NCBI RefSeq assembly: GCF_006345805.1
Contig: NC_043001.1
Location: forward strand, 42,098,001-42,162,000
Direction: 5' to 3'
Origin: Octopus sinensis
Taxonomy: Eukaryota
Length of the DNA: 64,000 nt
Shown here: positions 51,642-64,000 of the stretch, in pieces
How the letters are laid out: the number at the start of each line of letters is the position of its first letter
How positions within the stretch are numbered: position 1 is the first letter of the stretch
Notes under the pieces: model-generated
Told to the model about the DNA's origin: nothing
What the model saw: the letters and a program-made list of their open reading frames with translations, nothing else
The model's database searches: none
Translations under genes and position numbers: made by a program

Positions 51642-54600
51642 GGCAACCTGATGGACAGAAAGACTAATTTTATGACTCCCTCTTGCTGAATACATTGTTG
51701 ATGAAAGACAGGGACCTTCTCTTTGTGGCTGGTGGCTTCAATGGACATGTTGGACAACATGCAGAGGGCTTCAGGGCGTACATGGAGGCTATGGTTTTGG
51801 TTCCCGCAATGAGGAGGGAACCAGGCTGCTGGAGTTATGCGAAGCAAATGATCTTATGGTTTGCAATACTAACTTCAAGAAACCTGCCAGTTACCTAGTC
51901 ACCTACCAATTTGGTAGACACACTAGCCAAATTGACTACATCCTCACCAGAAAAAGGGAAAGATAGCTGCTTATAAATGCCAAAACCTTCCCAGGCGAAG
52001 AATGTACCCCACAACATAGACTGGTAGTTAGTGACTTCAGGATCAGGGCTAAATGGATGCCCAGAAGACAACTAGCATGGAGAAGGGTCTGGAAGCTTAA
52101 AGATCCTGCAAATGGACAGAGATTTAGAGACGTATAGCTCAAAGCTTTTGACGAAATAAAGAGGGATATAGCATCACATGATGTGGAAGACAACTGGGGG
52201 TTTCTACAGGACAACCTGCTGAGGGTCACTGACCAGATTTGTGGATGGTGCAAAGTCCCCTCTCAACTCAAGGTAACGTGGTGGGGGATCAATGTAGTTG
52301 ATAGGGCCATTAGGGAAAAGAAACGGGCTTGGAAGGACTGGAAGAATGGTGGTAGCAGGGAACTGTATCAGAAGGAAAGCGAGGAGACACATTTATTTAG
52401 CCAGAGGGAAAACAGATAAGAAAAAATTTGCCAATGTTCTGTGTCATGAGGACCAAAGACTTGAGGTATTTTGAGTAGCAAGACAGTGTGTGAGAGAGAA
52501 TCGTGATGTCATAGGAGAGAAATGTGTCCGCATGGATGATGATTCATTTGCATTAAATGAGGCTGCAAAGAGAGAGGTTTGGAGACGCCACTATGAAAGG
52601 TTGCTAAATAAAGAGAATGAATGAGAGAAAGAGAGTCTGCTGAATTCTGACCCAACAGAGGGACCAGCTATCCGAATTGACAGTACCTTGGCAGATAAAG
52701 CAATAAAGGGTATGAAGACAGGGAAAGCCACCGGCCCATCAGAAATCATCGCAGAGGTGCTCAAAATATCTGGCGTTGTCAGCTATAGCTTAGTCACCTG
52801 TTTAGTCACTCAGGTGATACATGAAGGAGTCATACCCAATCACTAGTGTAGCAGCACCATAATCAACTGCTACAAAGGTATCAAGGAGGTAGATCAGGTA
52901 ATGAAGGTCATAGCCCAACTAATTAGGGAGAGAGTCAGTTTAGATGAGATGCAGTTTGGGTGTGCTATATTTCTGGTAAGACAGCTGCAGGAGAAATACC
53001 TAACCAAAGATAAACCTCTGTACCTGGCTTTCATTGACGTGGAGAAAGCCTTCGACAGAGTCCCCCGATCCCTTATCTGGTGGTCAATGAGGAAACTAGG
53101 GATAGATGAGTGGTTAGTGAGAGCTGTGTAAGCCATTTACAGAGATGCTGTCAGTAAGGTGAAGGTTGACAACAAGTACAGTGAAGAATTCCAGATAGGG
53201 GTAGGCGTCCACCACGGATGCAGTCTTCAGCGCCCTCTTATTCATCATAGTTCTCCAGGCAATAACAGAGGAATTCAAGACAGGATGCTCCTGGGAGCCT
53301 CTATATGCTGATGACCTTGCTCTAACTGCTGAGTCGCTATCAGAACTAGAGGAGAAGTTTCAGATGTGGAAGCAAAGATTAGAATGGAAGGACCTTAGAG
53401 TCAACCTAGCTAAAACCAAAGTCTTAATAAGTAGGAAGGCAGACAAACCACAAATCCCTTCAGGTGGATGGCCCTGCTCAATCTGTAGAAAAGGTGTAGA
53501 TAGAAACTCCATAGGATGTACCCGGTGTAAGTTATGGACACATAAGAGGTGCAGCAATATGAAAGGAAGGCTAACTGGGAAGATAGTTTTTGTATGTGGC
53601 AAATGCTCAGGTGCAATAAACACTGAAAATATGCAAAGAACAGCTTCTGCCACATTCCAGGGAGAAAAACTAGAAGTAGTTGATAGCTTCCATTACCTAG
53701 GTAACCAAATAGCTAGTGGGGGTAGATACTCTGAAATCGTAGCTGCTAGAATAAGTTCAGAGAGCTCCTACCTCTGCTGGTGAAAAGGGCCTCTCACTCA
53801 GAGTAAAAGGTAGACTGTATGACGCATGTGTATCAACAGCCATGCTACATGGCAGTGCAACATAGACCATGACTGATGAGGACATGCATAAGCTTGGAAG
53901 GAATGAAGCCAGTATGCTCCACTGGATGTATAATGTCAGTGTGCATACACAACAGAGTGTAAGTGCCCTGAGAGAAAAGTTGGACTTAAGAAACATCAGA
54001 TGTGGTGTGCCTGTATGGTCATGTGTTGCAAATGGATGAGGACAGCTGTATGAAAAAATGTCACACCCTATCTGTTGAGGGAACCTGTGGAAGAGATAGA
54101 CCCAGGAAGACCTGGGATGAGGTGGTGAAGCATGACCTTCAAACATTGGGCCTCACCGAGGCAATGACTAGTGACTGAGACCTTTGGAGATATGCTGTGC
54201 TTGAGAAGACCCGACAAGCCAAGTGAGACCATAACCCATGGCCTATAACTGTGGTTTATAACCAGCCCACTTATGAGTACCCTTCATTCATTGGACAATA
54301 AACTTTGATTGTGAAGACCTGTTGAGACAAGTGAAATCAAAATCACTGACGTGGCCAAAGACAGTAGAACGTTAAAAGCACCATCCAAGCGTGATCGTTG
54401 CCAGAGCCAATGACTGGCTCCCATGTCGGTAGCACGTAAAAAGCACCATTTGAGCATGATCATTGCCAGTGTCACCTTACCGACACATGTTCCAGTGGCA
54501 CAGGAAAAACAACATTTGAGAGTGGTCACTGCTAGTGCCACTGAACTGGCTCCTGTGTAGGTGGCAAATAAAAATCACCTTTTGAGTGTGGTCATTGCCA

Positions 54601-54805
54601 GTACCACCTGACTGGCTCTCATGCCAGTGGCATGTAAAAGCACCCACTACACTCTCGGAGTGGTAGGCATTAGGAAGGGCATCCAGCTGTAGAAACTTTG
54701 CCAGATCAGATTGGAGCCTGGTGCAGCCTTCTGGCTTGCCAGTCCTCAGTCAAATTGTCCAACCCATGCCAGCATGGAAAGCAGACGTTAAATGATGATG
54801 ATGAT
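51641..54805 (+). mobile_element. Second long RTE LINE copy (APE-RT-3' UTR), 5'-truncated, multiply disrupted
   Basis: PDGQKD*FYD, GGFNGHVG, AFIDVEKAFDRVP, LYADDL (ctatatgctgatgacctt). Collinear with 39846-43040. (GAT)n tail. Confidence 0.95.
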
Positions 54806-55179
54806 ACATGTTCATGAGTGTTAGACATGGAATTCAAAAATGTGCCCAAGATTGTTGTTGGAAAGATGGTGGATAACCTTGTGGGTGTTACCAAGTCAGT
54901 TGCCTGATGTTGGAGCTTTAATGTGTCCATGCCCAAGAAAGCAACATGTTTAGAGTATGGTAGTTCCCTGAGGGTGGGTATTCATATGGTTGCATATTTC
55001 TGAACCGTTTCCAGGAAATTGATATTCTGAGCAAGATAAGGGTTCTAGACTGATGATGCGACCTCTAAATGTGGATGCACCATAGCCGTATACAACCTTA
55101 AATACATAGCTGGAGAGCAACAACTGACGATTGTCTTACTGAGTGATGCTAAGGCACAAAAACAATGTCACATTGTAAA

Positions 55180-55380
55180 CTTGAGGAAAGTCTTGCATAT
55201 TTTTACTGTTCCACTTATAGATTATATTTGTAAAGTGTGTGTTAATTGGTTGATTTCTTTTTCTGAAAACCTTAGCTTACACAGATTGTTACTTAGGCAT
55301 TTACTCACAAAACCAAGTGCACTAAGTATTATTAGTATAAATGTAAACTTATAGTTTGGATATAGTAGCTGGAGGTTTAT
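55180..55380 (-). mobile_element. R4/Dong-clade ORF 3' end
   Basis: NLQLLYPNYKFTFILIILSALGFVSKCL...SISGTVKICKTFLKF. Similar to 46600-47480. Confidence 0.75.
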
Positions 55381-55540
55381 AATAATAATGAAATTATTGT
55401 ATACAGTGCTCAGGTGCACCACAACGTATCAAAAGTGCATATAAAGTATATGCAGTAATGTACAAATGTCTGGAAAGCGAACAGTGTATGAGTCAGATAC
55501 ATGCTTGCATGTGTATGGAGGGGAGAAAATCAGGTTTAAA
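55380..55540 (-). mobile_element. CR1/L2-group 3' tail fragment
   Basis: aataataatgaaattattgtatacagtgctcaggtgcaccac. Confidence 0.7.
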
Positions 55541-57139
55541 AGCCATTGTCTATAATCATTCTTTTTCTCTTTGATTTTGAAAGAGATATCCACATCAGTA
55601 AGTCAGCTGACCCCTATGTAGGCCTGTTGCCAGACTTTGGTTCCTGGGGGTGCTTCAGAATATTCTTCGTGGGCCCTAATTTGTGGAGTTTCAAAATAAG
55701 TGTATGACTTTAAAGTTTTTGGCAATTTTGTCAATTGGAAGAGTTCTGATTGAAACACACTATTTAACCAATCAAAACTTTTTGGTATTTTCAGAAAATT
55801 TTTCCAAATTTGTGTTCTACACACTATATCTTGTATGATTATGCAAAAAAAAAAAATTAATTAATTCATCCCTTCCTCTTCTAAATCCTAAAATTTGGGT
55901 TAAAAAAATTTTTTTTTTAAAATCATAGCTTTGAAATATAGACAGTCTGAATCTGCCATTTGTTTCTGTTTATAATTTCCAAATAATTTTCAGATGAAAA
56001 TGTGTGTGACTTAGGAGATTTAGCTGGTGTTTCTAGTACATCCCACGACCATCTGATACCTTCCTCATTTCTCTGTCACTCTGACATGTGTTGATGTTTT
56101 ACAATATTTTTCTCCCCATAAACACATTTCATGGAACGAGTATGCAGAAGCAACACATGGGGTTTGTTTAGCTTAACGGTAGTCCATTGCTTGAATTTAA
56201 ATAAATTCTGCACCAAGTGAGTTCGTGTGTGTGTTTGTGTGTGCATGTGAGTAGGAAAAATCATATTTAACAACAGAAAAGTGTACTATCAAAATGATGT
56301 TTCACATATGCTTTTAAAACCACTATGGATATATCCCAGCAATTTTAGGCTCTCCAATACCTATATAATCGATATGGGTTAAGTCTAATTTAAGCATTTG
56401 CAAAGATTTATGGGGTGGCGATGAAAAAATTTTAATCGTAATCTTATGAGATAGTTTGTAGAACATAAATTCACAAAGAAAATTTTCTGAAAATACCAAA
56501 AAACCAAGAAAAGTTCTGAACAGTTACATGCTGTGCTTTGATCCAGAATCAATAACAGGCTATGTGCAAATGCAAATTTTTAAAACTTTCTGAATTTGGA
56601 TTTTGAATGATTTCAAAAATCATTTTGGAATTATTAGCAGAAACATATGGCTGATTCAGACTGTCAGTATTTTAAAACTATGATAATGAAAAAAAATTGT
56701 GTTTTAATGATTGATTAAAAACCAATAAAAACAGTTTTCCAAAATTTCAATTTTTTTAAAGCCCCCTCCTGCCGTCCTTTTCCTCCTCCTCCACTTCATA
56801 CTACTCCTCCCCCTCATAAACAAGCAACTTAATCATTTTTGACCTTTTACGACCATTCTTTCAGAATTGTTTTAAATATCAGAGATGAAGAAGAGGTGAT
56901 TGTGTAGATGGGATCAGAAGCAGTATTGATAAATTGTAAGAGAATGAAAAAATATATATGCTTGTTTGTGTGTGTGTGGGTGTTGTCATTGATGTTTTTC
57001 GTTTTGCTTTCCTTTTTTTTTCCATTCAATATCACTTCTTCCTCTATTTTATTATTTCCCTGGGTAATTTTTGACCAGTCTCATTGGTTCATCTGGTTTA
57101 TTGTTTTAAAATTATTTTTCATTCTGGTTTAAGAAGAAA

Positions 57140-58905
57140 AGTCAGTCAGGAGTTCAAGAGACATATTGCAGAAAGATTTTTGTAAACTGTATCTTCGAAA
57201 CTGAGGGTGCACCATTGTATAATGAGGGAGCAGTGCCATTCAATGTACCCCATTAACAATGGGCATACCTCTGTGACAATACATACTTTTTCTTGCCTGT
57301 CCGAAACAACAATATCTGGCTTCTTGTGTTTACACTTGACAGATGTTTTGATAATATTCCACCAGTATTCTTTGTGCTGATGTTTGTGTATATACTTAGT
57401 AACAGGGGGATTCTCTTTATTTATTCCAGGACAGTCTTTTTTCTGAATGGCATTGTATATTGTTTTTATGACAACATTGTGCAACATAGGGAGGTGGTAC
57501 CTTGGTGACATTTTTAGGCAGCTGCTAATCATGTGTGATGTCATCCACAGAAATATGACATAATCTACATTTTTAGTTGCATCTTACAGCTTCAAGGATA
57601 TCAGTGTCTCTTTAGTTTATCCAGTATTTTGAAGCAATCTCCTGTTCTTAGATTGTGAATGCATAGCCTTTAAAGTGTGATGTGATGTAGTGGTCACAAG
57701 TCCAAGAGAGGCTGCACTTCATGTTGATATTATTATCTTCTTCCAGTCTTCAAGAAACAACCCATGCATAGTCATCTTTTGGTACATTTCATATCCAGAT
57801 CTTTGAGGTTTAATAGTTCAACCGTTTGGGGATTGTATGAAAGGTCATCAGGAAGAGAATGTTTCCTGAAGAGCTCGCTGCCAATATGTATGACATTATT
57901 GTCTTCATTTTTCAGCACTAAGTTAATGTATTTAATTTTGCTGTTGTTGTTCAGGAAATGCTGTCTGAGCGAGACTATACATTTGAAGGCTATCTGCACT
58001 GATCTTCTGTTCATTTTGTCATTAAATCCATTGTCATTCTTGCAACAAAAATTAAATGGCTACATACTAGGGTCTACAACTGCTAGAGATATTAATGTTA
58101 CCTATAATTTTTTTATGGATGACCTTAAGATTTATGCTAAAAATATTAACAATATCATAAAACTTGCTAGAATTAATTACATCTTCAGCTGATATAGGAG
58201 CCTCTACCTCCTTCGCCTATTCTTAAGTAGTGCCTGTCAATATCACTATTTCTGTGGAGATTTCCACTTGATGTTAGAATCATGTGGAATTTAATGTCCA
58301 TGGAGTGGATTTTTTCTACAGACCAGTGAAGTATCTCAAATGTTGGAATCAGCACTGGTACTGCAAATGCATTGGAGGATATTGTCTTGTTGTAAGAGAA
58401 GAGTTCCAACTGCCATATTTTTCTAAGTCTGGCATAATATTCTCAGGTTACTCTATCTTTATTCACAGTAACGTCATAGGATGCATTTTCATCAATGCTT
58501 AGGTACTTGTAGAATTGTTTGTGTGCGACAGGAGAGATAGTGAGAGCATTGATGCACAGGTTTTGGGTTTGAGCATTGATATTCCACACTCAACAATCAA
58601 ATATGAACATTTCTTTTGGCCCAATTCCATTCCTATATCAGCTGAAGATGTAATTAATTCCAGCAAGTTTTATGATATTGTTAATATTTTTAGCATAAAT
58701 CTTAAGGTCATCCATAAAAAAATTATAGGTAACATTAATATCTCTAGGAGTTGTAGACCCTAGTATGTAGCCATTTAATTTTTGTTGCAGGAATGACAAT
58801 GGATTTAATGACAAAATGAACAGAAGTACAGAAAGACTTATCTCCTTGGAATATTACCTTTGAAATATTTATAACATGGAAGAAAATCATTCCACTCTAA
58901 GTTCC
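57140..58905 (-). mobile_element. R4/Dong-clade non-LTR relic (RT C-half to RLE) with an internal inverted duplication
   Basis: FQGD-like motif near 58850, FFMDDLKIY, NAFAVPVL..F..LHW, NLHRNSDIDRHYL..GEGGRG, EYWWNII, KKPDIVVSDRQEKVCIV. Confidence 0.9.
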
Positions 58906-58939
58906 AAGTGTAAGAATTGCTGCCTCAGTCTTAATGGCA

Positions 58940-59352
58940 GTAATTGAGGTAACAGGCACTTTTGCCAGCAGCCAGGAGTGGGAAATAGAGTAAGTAGGTA
59001 GGTAGCGGAAGCTATCAACTACTTCTAGTTTCTCCCACTGGAGTGTGATGGAATCTGTTTTCTGAGTATCTGTGGTGTCTATTGCTCCTGTGCATCTGCC
59101 ACACAAGAAAGCTATCTTCTCAGTTAATTTTCCTTTGATGTTGCTGCACCTCTTGTGCGTCCATAGCTTACACTGGGTACATCTTATGGAGTTTCTTCCT
59201 ACACCTTTTCTACAGATCGAGCAGGGGTGTGTGATGAGTTCACCTTCTTACTTACTAAAACTTTGGTCTTTGCTCTAAGACCTTTTGATTCTAAACCTAG
59301 CTTCCACACCCGAAATTTCTTTTCTAGTTCTGGTAGTGATTCTGCTATGAAG
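58940..59352 (-). mobile_element. RTE RT fragment with internal deletion
   Basis: IAESLPELEKKFRVWKLGLESKGLR; LQWEKLEVVDSFRYL. Confidence 0.85.
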
Positions 59353-60362
59353 ACTGATTCTGCTATAGAAGACTGAATGAAGATTTGGCTTTTGAAACTA
59401 GTTCCTGGTTTTCTTGGAGAGAGTATGCAGGAGTGAATTTTCATTGTATATTCCTCAGCTATGTAAGGATTTGGTGGCAACTTTACAGTATCCTTGTGGA
59501 TCGTGTTTCCTATAAAATTTTCAGAAAAGTGAACTAAGAGAGAGTTAAGAGGTACAATGCCAAACTAATGACAGAATATGAAAACTGCAAAAACCATCTA
59601 GGAACCTCTTATGACATCTATTTGATTAGAAAACTTTTGCTCTAAAAATTAACATACATATGTCAACTTTTTGAATATTACAATGCTTTGTATGCAATTT
59701 TAAAATAAACTGCACAAGCTGAAATTCAAAATAACATGCATATCATTCTTGCAATTTTGTAAATATTTGCCTATATCATTTTACAAGAAAATTGAAAGGT
59801 AAGAACATTCAAATTTTTAAATAACTGAAAAACTGAAATTCCTAAAATAAAAAATTTCTAACAATAATTTAGAACTGAGTCATGTACTTCAGACTAATAG
59901 ATGCAAGTCCAATAAAAACTTTATATTCATCTGTACATGGTAAAAATGGTACAAAACTTCAATAGTAATTATTGATTGGAATATGTTAGACACTATGGCA
60001 GTAATTTTTGATTTACCAAGGGAAAAGTGTCATTAAAATTCAATAAGTCAAACTTATCACATCTGTAATTTTATCCTAGATATCTAGGATATATTCTTGT
60101 CTATTAAAATTTCTGTATTCAAAACATTGTGTATTAGAAACTTATATAACAATTCTGTAATGGACAAAGGAAGATTTCAAATTCTGGTATAAACTATGTT
60201 GTATTTTAAGATCCTAAGCCCTTTCTTCAAGAAATCACCAGTAACTAATTAGAAATAAAATTTCATTAAAATATCACACAAATGACAGGGTTCTCCAATA
60301 GATTATATATCAAAAACAAAGTATGAAAAATCATAGGTTCTACCAAGGTAAAACATTTAGTA

Positions 60363-60515
60363 CAGGCATGATCAACCTTTATCAAGAAGAGGACCTCATA
60401 AAACACGGTTTATCATCAGACAAGCCGCACAACTAGAAAAAAAAAAAAATCTAGGTAAGTTTTCGTTAGCTGAACTATTCAGATAGTACCGCAGGTTGCA
60501 GTTTGCCCAGTGCTG
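60363..60515. mobile_element. Possible decayed hAT MITE
   Basis: Ends caggcatgatcaacct / agtttgcccagtgctg. Putative 8-bp TSD atttagta / gttttgta (6/8). Confidence 0.4.
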
Positions 60516-61448
60516 GTTTTGTACTTAGAAAGTTATTCCCCAAAGGAGCAGCTGATCAAATCAATAAGACGTTAGACAGAGTTGCCCATTAACCCAATAG
60601 CAATCACTACGAGATAAAAGACAACTTTCAATGTTCCAGATTCAAATAATATTTCATACTTTGTTGTATATTCTTTTCAGTGTTGACCTAATCAACTGCA
60701 CTAAAATCTTTCATTTCTGAACCTGCTTAGCAATTGTTTGAAAGAAGCAGGATATTAATAAACAACCCAATTCTATAGAGCTTTGAGTAATATCTGAATG
60801 TACTTTCAAATTATTTTTCACGTTGTGGAGAAAGAAGTAGATATGATTAACTTAACTAATTTTTATTTAGGGTTTTATTGTAAGTATGAATTGCTGACCT
60901 TTAATCTTTAGGGGGAAAATATTTAAATATACAGTTAGAGATAATATATCTATGTTTAAACTGAACAGCAACAACTATCTCACGCGTCAGGTAGGGCTTG
61001 CAAAGGTCACGGGAAATAAACGTTTGCTTTGATTATTAGAAAGTTTAACATATTTTATAAGGCCTTTTATGTAAATCATAACATAAAGATATGATTAGTA
61101 AGTAGAATGTGATATAATGCTGGGAAATTAGAGCGTAAATTCGTTGAATGTGGGATATAGTTTGTGACTAAAGATTTAGCAAATGTACGGATAACTTATA
61201 ACTATTTTGTTTTATACTGTTACAATTAATGTAATAGATATACGCATTTTTTATGTTTAAAAAACCAAAAAAATACATAATACCCTAAATAAAAATATAA
61301 ATATTTTCTTTCAAAAATTCCCAACAGGGGAACATACAGACAAATAAACGTTTCGAAACTTAGTATCATTACGCCCTCTATCAAGAAAGAGATAGTGTTA
61401 AGGGCAGAGCACTGACAACAGCCTGCGTTGGAGCAGTGCTACTGCAAA

Positions 61449-61737
61449 ATGTCGTCGATAGGTGATTCAAGTCGACCAGACGCCTCTTCCACATCAGACA
61501 CTGACAAACCTGAAAGTACAGGAGCCTGCACTGATACAGCAAATCTCAACAAGAATATTACAGGAGAATCTGCTTCTCATAATGTCCTGACAGATACAGC
61601 GTCGGGAATAACCCACTCTGATGTTGCAGCATGCGGTGGTGGTGCTGGGTCGTTGGAACATCTTTTGACCGTTCCGACTTCTGCTTTGGAAGCTACGGAT
61701 AGCGAAGTTGACGATGAGCTTATAGAACTGCTTGACA
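61449..61737 (+). CDS. First coding exon of an unidentified host gene (96 aa, Ser/Thr/Asp-rich N-terminus ending SEVDDELIELLD)
   Basis: caaaATG context, GC- and CpG-rich open frame unlike the flanks, donor a|gtaagt (phase 1) at 61738. Downstream exons not found in the window. Confidence 0.75.
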
Positions 61738-62329
61738 GTAAGTACGGAATTTTTTCCTCTTCCATACCTCTAATGTCCTGTATCTTAAAGTAATTCCTAT
61801 GTTATGTAATCTGTTGACATAAGTGAATGAAAAAGAGTATAAAACGTAAACTTTGAACTCGTAAATTCATTGATGAGCGTACTCACACGCAACACTAACA
61901 ACAATAACAAATAATTTATATGCACTTATATATTTACACTTTCTATATACATTCAAACACTATAGTATCCACGATTCACTTTTCACTGAGAAATTTTAAC
62001 GGATCACTTCATTAAATTCAAGTTCAAATTTCGGTCGTCCTAATTAATTCATCGATGCATATTGAATACAAGTTCATCTTTTATGTCAGAACGATGTTAT
62101 GCCATCATACTCATAATTGTACTATGCATTAAGCTAAAATTGGAAGTCAGCATCTTCCACAGATTGTCTTTTAAATGCTGAAGTAATAAATTACTACAAT
62201 CGGTTCAGTTCATATAATCCTAGTCACATCAAAAGTCAAATGGATATATGTGACTTAACATTAAATTTGTCATATCTCCTTCCTTTCATAAACTCTCTTC
62301 CTTTTCTTTGTCTTCTATATATTCAAATA

Positions 62330-62805
62330 TATGTGTGCATACGTTGAAACACTCATATATAGATACACATAAACAAGAATACGCGTGGATATATATATTT
62401 ATATACACACACACAAACACATGCACATGTTCGTACATATATGTGTATATTTGTATTTACATCTATATATGTATACATACATACATAATTATGTTTACAT
62501 ATATTTACATTATTTAAATATTTGTGTGTATGCATGTATATATATTTATCTGTCACGTATATATGTATGTATTTGTATATTTATGTACATATGTATATCT
62601 ATGTGTACGTGTATGTGTACATGTATGTATATGTGTGTGTATATGTACGTGTATGTACATGTGTATATGTGTATACGTGCAGGTGTATATGTGTACGTGT
62701 ACATGTGTGCGTTTACACATGTGCATGTGTACATTTACATGTGTACGTGTATACATGTGTATGTGTACACATCACATGTCTATGTGTACATGTATATGTG
62801 TAGGT
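62330..62805. repeat. Degenerate TA/TG/CA microsatellite tract
   Basis: Read directly from the sequence. Confidence 0.9.
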
Positions 62806-62808
62806 ATA

Positions 62809-63195
62809 GGAGTGGCTGTGTGGTACGTAGCTTGCTTACTAACCACAGGGTTCTGAGTTTGGCAACTTAGGCGAGTGTCTTCTATATCCTTGGGCCAACC
62901 ACAGCCTTGTTAATGGATTTGGTAGATGGAAATTTAAAGAAGCCTGTCGTATATATGTATATATATATATGTGTGTGTGTATGTATATGTTTCTGTGTGT
63001 GTGTGTGTGTGTGTGTGTTTGTCCACGCAGCATGGCTTAACAACCAATGCTGGTGTGGTTATGTCACCATAACTTAGTGGTTCAGCAAAAGAGAGTGACA
63101 GAATACGTACTAAGCTTACAAAGAATAAATACTGGGGCTGATTTGCTCGACTAAAGGCAGTGCTCCAGCATAGCCACAAAAAGATAAATGAAACC
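62809..63195 (+). mobile_element. tRNA-derived SINE with internal microsatellite
   Basis: Same organisation as 13349-13758. Confidence 0.88.
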
Positions 63196-63376
63196 AAACA
63201 ATGTATATGGGTATATGTGTACATGTATGTGTATATCTGTACATATGTACATGCATGTGTATATATGTACATACGTATATGTGTATATGTGTATATATAT
63301 CTATATGTATACATATATCTATATATATATATGTACTATATGTATGTATATATGTATATATATGAATGTATATATG

Positions 63377-63476
63377 NNNNNNNNNNNNNNNNNNNNNNNN
63401 NNNNNNNNNNNNNNNNNNNNNNNNNNNNNNNNNNNNNNNNNNNNNNNNNNNNNNNNNNNNNNNNNNNNNNNNNNNN
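63377..63476. other. Assembly gap (100 N)
   Basis: N run. Confidence 1.
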
Positions 63477-64000
63477 AATAGTCAGCAGGAAACTAATCAC
63501 CTTCCTTGAAGAAAAGACTTGCTGCCTGACACCCAACATGGTTTCCGACCAGGAAGAAGCTGCTTACTCAGCTCCTACAACACTATGACTGGGTGCTGAA
63601 ACAACTGCTCAACCACTCAAATGTGGAAGTCATATATCTCACCTTTGCAAAGGCCTTTGATAAAGTTGATCATGGAATGATATGTCACAAAACTGCGTGA
63701 TCTTGGCATAGTTGGAAAATTGGGAGAAGGCTTTCATGACTTTCTGAAGAATAGAAGTCAGGTGGTAACAGCCAATGGGGCCACTTCCATTACACACCAA
63801 TAGTGAGCGGTGTCCGCAGGGGGGCTGTTTTGGACCACTACTGTTCATAATGGCCCTCTCAGACATGCCCTCAGCCACGCAGAGAGCCACGATCACAAGT
63901 TTATGCAGATGATGCAAAAGTCTCACAGGCAATACAGAACCCTGAAGACACTAAGCACCTGCAATGTGAGCTGGACGAAATATACAGTGGGCTGAAAGAA
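63477..64000 (+). mobile_element. Frameshifted CR1-clade LINE RT domain, continuing beyond the window
   Basis: QHGFRPGRSC, IYLTFAKAFDKVDHG, GVPQG-like, PLLFIMALSDMP and YADD (tatgcagatgat) across frameshifts. Confidence 0.9.

Noticed and set aside
55040-55100. Second hammerhead-like trace (CTGATGA-TGC...GCA...GCCGTA)
   Set aside because: The GAAA box is absent and stem I does not pair cleanly, so it is too degenerate to call.
55600-56760. Short inverted blocks (ttttggtattttcagaaaa / ttttctgaaaataccaaaa) suggesting a decayed DNA element
   Set aside because: Could not define termini or a TSD.
1-64000. CRISPR arrays, rRNA genes, prokaryotic operons
   Set aside because: No repeat-spacer array, rRNA-like sequence or gene-dense region. 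The sequence is eukaryotic repeat-rich DNA.

Overview
AT-rich, repeat-saturated eukaryotic DNA, inferred to be octopus or another coleoid cephalopod from the SINE and RTE families, the (GAT)n-tailed LINE ends and the extreme microsatellite load. It contains two 100-N gaps and no prokaryotic features. Most of the window is decayed mobile DNA. This includes many copies of one RTE LINE family, two of them about 3.2 kb long and in opposite orientation, a second BovB-like RTE family, three R4/Dong-type RT-RLE relics, and CR1/L2-group relics. It also includes tRNA-derived SINEs with internal microsatellites, a non-autonomous Helitron, hAT MITEs, a 518-bp foldback element and kb-scale compound microsatellites. 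Host-gene evidence is sparse. There is a convincing first coding exon on + (61449-61737, product unidentified) and a possible minus-strand gene running from a promoter-like site near 19.3 kb through 17-nt, 30-nt and 68-nt exons toward the left edge. The most notable structures are two minimal type-I hammerhead-ribozyme-like motifs forming the arms of a Penelope-type inverted repeat (13088-13280), a 196-bp inverted duplication inside an R4 relic, an R4/Dong relic sitting between same-strand (TATG)n arrays, and the divergent RTE pair. All calls were made by eye without database searches, and repeat boundaries are approximate. I do not see firm evidence for a wholly new biological system.
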